Source: Vitrella brassicaformis CCMP3155 (Eukaryota; Protista; Chromerida). Taken from it: a stretch of 64,000 nucleotides of DNA. Under the pieces are notes generated by a model. That model was not told where the DNA came from. It saw only the letters and a list, made by a program, of their open reading frames with translations, and made no database searches. The stretch lies in contig CDMY01000317.1 of the NCBI GenBank assembly GCA_001179505.1, positions 1 to 64,000 of the forward strand, in the 5' to 3' direction. This document shows positions 58,857 through 64,000 of this stretch, one piece after another; the first letter of the stretch is position 1, and each line of letters opens with the position of its first letter. The position numbers were made by a program, and so were the translations under genes.

Positions 58857-59965
58857 CTGAGAGGGAGGGAGAGTGTTCCGTGTGAGGGGTTTTTCGGTGT
58901 AGTGGCGTTGCGTCAAAAGGCAGACAGACGAGTAGAGCTATGCCTAGGGCATTGCAGGCAGGCAGGCAGGCAGGCAGGCCTTGTGGGCGATGTTGGCGTG
59001 ATTGTTGCGACCAGGCCAGGCGATTTATTGTCGTGTGTGTTTTCTTCCTGCTGAGACAGAGCGTGATTTTTGACCGGTGTGTGTGTGTGTGTGCTGAGAT
59101 TTTTCCGCAGGGGTGTGCATGAGTGAATGAATGCATGCATGAGACTCACATCGTTCAATCAGCCAAGCAGCCTTTTCCGCAATGCGACAGACACTGCTTA
59201 AAATGTGCGAAATGACCTCGAAACACGATGGATGGATGGATGGATGGGGTGTGGCTACCTAATTACTTACATGCTCTCATCCATTCCATCAGATGGAATG
59301 GATGGAATCACGCAGCCGGTAGAGTCCATATGTATGGGCTAACACCTCAGCGAACCAAAAATAGCCAGGAGCCGAGCCATTTCAATCCAGACACGTTGGT
59401 CGTGGTACTTCTTCCGTCGGTCGGTCGGTCGGTCTGTGCGCACTCGGAAGTGTCGGTAAATAATCCGTTCACGGAGATTCACATGCACACGCCGACCCCC
59501 AAACCAGACCACACACGGAGGATTGCGTGACCGGCTTGTGGTTTGGCTTGTCACTGTGCTCGCGTGTGTGTGCGTGTGTGTGTGTACGACCACATCAGTG
59601 CGTTACTCTCTCCCTTCTCTGCATCGTGTCAATCTGGCTCTCGTGCGCGGAGAAGAGTGTGTCCGTGGCTGTGAGTAAGTTTGGTTCAGTCTAAAGGGTG
59701 GGTGTACTCTTGTCTGTCTTCATGTTGGACTGGCCTACTTGAAAGCAACTGACTGACGTCAAGTCATGTCTGTCAGACAGCACACACGCATCGCATACAC
59801 ACGCACGGAGACATACCGTCATAATCACACACGCACACACACACACACAACAAAACACACAGACACTTTCACGTCATAGTGCGCCATATAAAAAACAGAC
59901 GCATTACGAGACGGACAACACGTCATGAACAACACCCCACAGCGAAAAGTGTGTGTGTCCGCATC

Positions 59966-62285
59966 TCACGTCATCTGCAGCGACCTGAACGTCTCCCTGC
60001 CGTCCCGCCCCCTCTCGACCCACCCCACCGCCCCCCACACCACGGCAGCAACATCCTTGCTGAAGCCGTTGTCGATGTCCCCCGCCAGCCCCCACTGGGC
60101 CGCCTCGTCCAGAATGGCCCGCTGCACCACCTCACGCAACTCCATCTTGCGGCCGCCCACACCGCCAACCACAAAGCACTGCAGCTGCGGCACACGCACC
60201 ACCTGGCCGCCCACATCGGCCGTCCCGCCGACCACCTCCCTGTTGCTGCTGGCCTGGTACACTGCCGACTTGACGAAGTGCTCCGCTGCCGCACACAGAC
60301 GCCGAGCCATGTCGGAGTGCCGCACACCGATGGCCTCCTCTGTGGTGGTCTCCTGGGCGGCATCCATGTCGAAGAGGTATGACGCGATGAGCCAGCCGAA
60401 GATGAGGGCCTCCTGCGGGCCGACGGCCAGCCGGGGTGTCAGGAGGGCCGCGAGGGAGCGGTGGGGGGCGAGGGCGGCGTTGACGGCCGACATGACGGCA
60501 GGGCCCACCTCGTTGAGCACCGACGCATACTCCGTCAGCACCAGCTGGCGGCCACAGCGGTCTCTCTCTGTGGCTGTGGAGATGGTGGTGATGCCGGCCC
60601 CCGCCCGCAGCAGACTGCGGATGGTCAGCTTGTAGCCGTCAATCTCGGCGTCGTCCTCATCCTGGGCCTGCTGGCGCTTATAGAGCTCGTAGGCAGCCCT
60701 GGCGAGGGGCGTCCAGCCGCCGTCGTCGGCCCGTCTGTTGATCTGGTCAGCGGGCAGCTTGCGGCAGAGGTAGTCGGCCACGTGGGGAGAGCCATGCGCT
60801 GCCGCGTAATGCAGTGGCGTGCATCCAATGCGGGCATCGACTGCCATCATGTCGGCCCCGTTCGCCGTGATGAGGTCTAGGTAGGCGTCGATGAAGGACT
60901 GGGGATAGTGGCCCTTTGAGTTGACGGCTGCCTTGTGCACCAGGTTGTTGCCGACGTCTCGTTCGGTGGCGAGGGTGGGGTTTCGTTCGATGAGTTGCCG
61001 ATACATCGACATGAGCAGCTGCAGATACTCGGGGGGAGGCGGACGCAGCGGACGGGGCAGCGCCATCACCATGGGTGAGTCTGGTGGTACGCGCATGTGG
61101 ATGTTGCGGCGGGCCGTCAGGATGTCGAAGGCCGTCTGATTGCCGCATGCAATCGCCAAGTGGAGGGGCGTCTGTTCCGTCTCGTCGGCTGCCGCATTGG
61201 GGTCGGCTCGTCCGTCGAGCAGTGCGGTCAGAACGGCCCTCTGCAGCTCGTCAGACGACCACTGCGGCAGGGCGACGGGACGCTCATCATTGTCGCCCAC
61301 ACTGCCTTCGGCTTCGATGGTCATGACCGTGTAGTCCGACTTGTTGTCAATGGCGAGACACAGGAGCGGGTAGCCGAGGACCACACCATTGCTGTCCTTG
61401 ACCACCAGCCCCGTCATGACATCTGGGTGGGCGCCCTGCTGTCGGATGAGGTCGGTCACTTCTCGCGCGCTGGTGAAGCGGCGGCCGATGATGCACCGTG
61501 ACAGCAGTTTGGTGGCGTCGTTGGTGCACTCGGGGAACCGAGCCTCCAGCTCATCGAGTCCGAAGTGGTCGTCAGGCACAGGGATAGTGGGATCCGCAAG
61601 GCCACTGAGAGGATGACCTGCAACACACAGCCACCATACAGCAGACGGCGATTGAACAGCTGTGGGCACAGGACCTTTTCTCGCGTCTGTCTGGCGTACC
61701 TTCCTCCTCATATTCAATGAAGCCGTCGTCGGAGTATCCGTCATCGATATCGTCATCTTGGTCGTCGTCATCCTCCTCCTCCTCCTCCTCCCACATGCCA
61801 TCCTGACACACAACAAAGAGGCAGAGGGGCGGAAAATGACGTACGTGCCTCCATCGCATGGACCAGTGTTGGTGTCGATGAGTGCCTCACCGATTCGCTA
61901 TCACTTCCCTCCTCGTCGGCCATCTCATTGGCCATCCCGTCCTCCTCATGCTGCTGCTGGCCGCCTGGACACCAACACACACACCTGGCATGAGTGTGCT
62001 GCTGGTGTGTGTGTGCGTCGAATGGTCTGTGTGGCAGGTCTAGTCACTCACCGCTGTCTGCGCCATTGCGATCTGATTCCTCAGCCTGCCCACTGCCGCC
62101 ATGCTCCTCCTCAGCTACATCGCCTGCACACACCGGGTCGCCTGCACACACACACACACACACGTAATGGCGAGGACGGTGTGTGTTTGATGTGTTGTCG
62201 TAGTGGTGTGTGGCGTACCTGCATCGCCATCAGCACCGTCCGCCATGGCAGTGGAGGCCATGTGGCTGTCGTGAGTCTCAGACAT
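59966..62285 (-). CDS. Ankyrin-repeat family protein, copy 3 (5 exons)
   Basis: Exons 62285-62219, 62123-62052, 61964-61891, 61802-61700 and 61617-59966. Motifs QTPLHLA, CTPLHYAAAHG, WTPLARAA and LLRAGA. Confidence 0.85.
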
Positions 62286-62915
62286 CACTCAAAACAGACA
62301 CCAACAGCTGCACCGACCACACACACAGAGCTGCACCGACCACACACACAGAGAGGCGACAAGGGATGGGCAGACACCTGGTGCATGTCTTGTGTGTGTG
62401 CTCGCCCACCTAGCTATGAGTCAAATGGTATACAATGGCGCTCAATCAGTCCGCCCCGAGACAGACCTGCACAACACGACAACGACACACAAGGTAGCAA
62501 GCCACCCGTCCATTAACGAGCCCCTTCACGCGCTTTCCTCCTGCTGCTGCTCGTACGTCACCTGATGTGGCGCACGGCTCTGATCGGCCCTCGTAAGCCC
62601 GATGATTGTCCGCCAATCGCGCATGCACCAACTGTCACGCACAGAGAGAGATAGATCTCCACACAACCTATGTGCACAGCAGTGTGAAGCCGCTGTGAGT
62701 GCAGTCCTCCATCACTGCTTCCTTCGTTTCGACGAGCGATTTCCATCTGCGAGCTAATCTGCAAGCCCTCTTGAGCTTGCAAAAGTGAGTGGAAAGAAAG
62801 AGGGAAGCAGGCAGTGACGGGTAGCGAGGTAGGGGATCCACGCGTCAGAGGCGTGCGGCTTCTGTCTGTGTGAGAGTCATCCTGTGGAGGCGCCATTGCG
62901 GCTGTGTCACTTGAG

Positions 62916-64000
62916 ATGATAGGGGAGCACCCCGCTCGGCCTCCCCGTCGGCACATCCAGGTGGTGTCGGCCCTCCACCAGCCGGCGCCGGTCATCGAGA
63001 CAGTGGCCTCGCCCAATGGAGGCCCGAACAAGATACTCGTCAAGAACACTTTCCTGCACCTCTCGGAGGAGCTGCAGGACGTCCTCTCTAGAAGGTACGC
63101 ACCATCACACATTCGCACACAAGAGGGAGGGCATAGCCAACAACAGGTCGGTCCTCACATCACTCTGATTGGTGTGTTGCTGTGTGACACACACAATGCA
63201 GGCCGCGGACGGAGTCTAGCGATGCGGTGTTGGACGGTCCTCGGACGCCCAAGCTCAACATAGCGGAGACTGTGTATGAAAACTCTGTGTTTCCCCCCGT
63301 GGCTGAGCACCCCGAGCACGAGAGCGAGGCCGAGGAGGCGGCGTCGGGCGATGCCAACTCGAACGCATCCACGGCGCCGTCACACGGACACACGGGGGCG
63401 GGGGGAGGGGGAGGGGGGCAGGGCGGCATGCCGCAGATGCAGCAGGGACAGTCGCCCGGCGTGGGAGGGGGTGCGGGTGGTGCCCCGGGTGTGGGCGGCA
63501 TGGGGGCCGCCCAGCAGCCACCTAGTGCAGTGCCGTGCATGACGTCGTCATCGCCGCTGCCGTCCCCGTCCATCCCGCCCACACACGGCCAGCCGCCATC
63601 GGCGCAGGGCGGGCCGGGGGGCGGTGGGGGACCACCCAATCGGAGCGGCAGCATGCCCACACGACACGATGTACGTGACGTGATTGAACACTATGGGATT
63701 GGGGTGAAGCAGAGAGTCTTGAGTGGTTTGTCTGTGGAGTGGATGTCGTATGATTGGATTGGATTGGATGGGTGCAGCGTCCTGTGAGTGCGGCGACTCA
63801 GGGTTTGTTGGATCAGATCAACGCCGTGATGGTCGACACGTCGGACCCTGACTATGTCCCCACGCCAAACATAAGTACACACACACAACACAGCACAACA
63901 CACTGCCGGCACGTGTAGTGAATGTCTGTGTCTGTGTCTGTGTCTGTGTGTGTCTGTCACCTCTCGTCTCGTCTCGTCTCGTCTCGTCTTCTCGTGTGCA
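62916..64000 (+). CDS. 5' part of a low-complexity protein with a VKNTFLH motif (runs off the window)
   Basis: MIGEHP...KILVKNTFLHLSEELQDVLSR, then a Gly/Gln/Pro-rich exon (about 63201-63670) and a further exon INAVMVDTSDPDY near 63817. Confidence 0.6.

Noticed and set aside
1-64000. rRNA, tRNA, snRNA genes and autonomous transposons (RT, transposase, integrase)
   Set aside because: No recognisable sequence seen by eye. The RNase H is cellular type 1 with a hybrid-binding domain, not retroelement-derived. tRNAscan/Infernal were not run, so small RNAs cannot be excluded.

Overview
Eukaryotic, GC-rich, intron-rich genomic DNA. Introns are full of (CA)n, (ATGG)n and (CTGT)n microsatellites, and there are three 300-N assembly gaps. 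The gene content (plastid-targeting leaders, alveolate-type PMCA, VKNTF motif, an expanded ankyrin family) points to a chromerid alga, most likely Vitrella brassicaformis; this is inference, not a database match. About 22 genes or gene fragments were reconstructed by hand-splicing ORF-track pieces. They include four copies of one ankyrin-repeat family, a BTB/TLDc-like protein, an RCC1-repeat protein, a p25alpha-like protein, an ERD2-like receptor, a PPPDE/DeSI peptidase, a BRI3-like microprotein, an intronless restriction-endonuclease-fold-like ORF, a membrane RING protein, a double-SnoaL/pseudo-SDR fusion, ARL3, RNase H1, a PMCA-type Ca2+-ATPase, a 7-TM protein and a probable thylakoid-lumen protein. 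The top finding is a ~1,580-aa, 4-exon gene (35416-40426, minus strand) whose C-terminal third reads as a complete but highly divergent sigma-70 factor (regions 2, 3 and 4), probably a nucleus-encoded plastid sigma factor. Also notable: twenty of the genes sit in ten head-to-head pairs, several introns need GC donors, and the ankyrin paralogues look mosaic, with compensated splice-acceptor shifts. All family calls come from motif recognition by eye; no searches were run.
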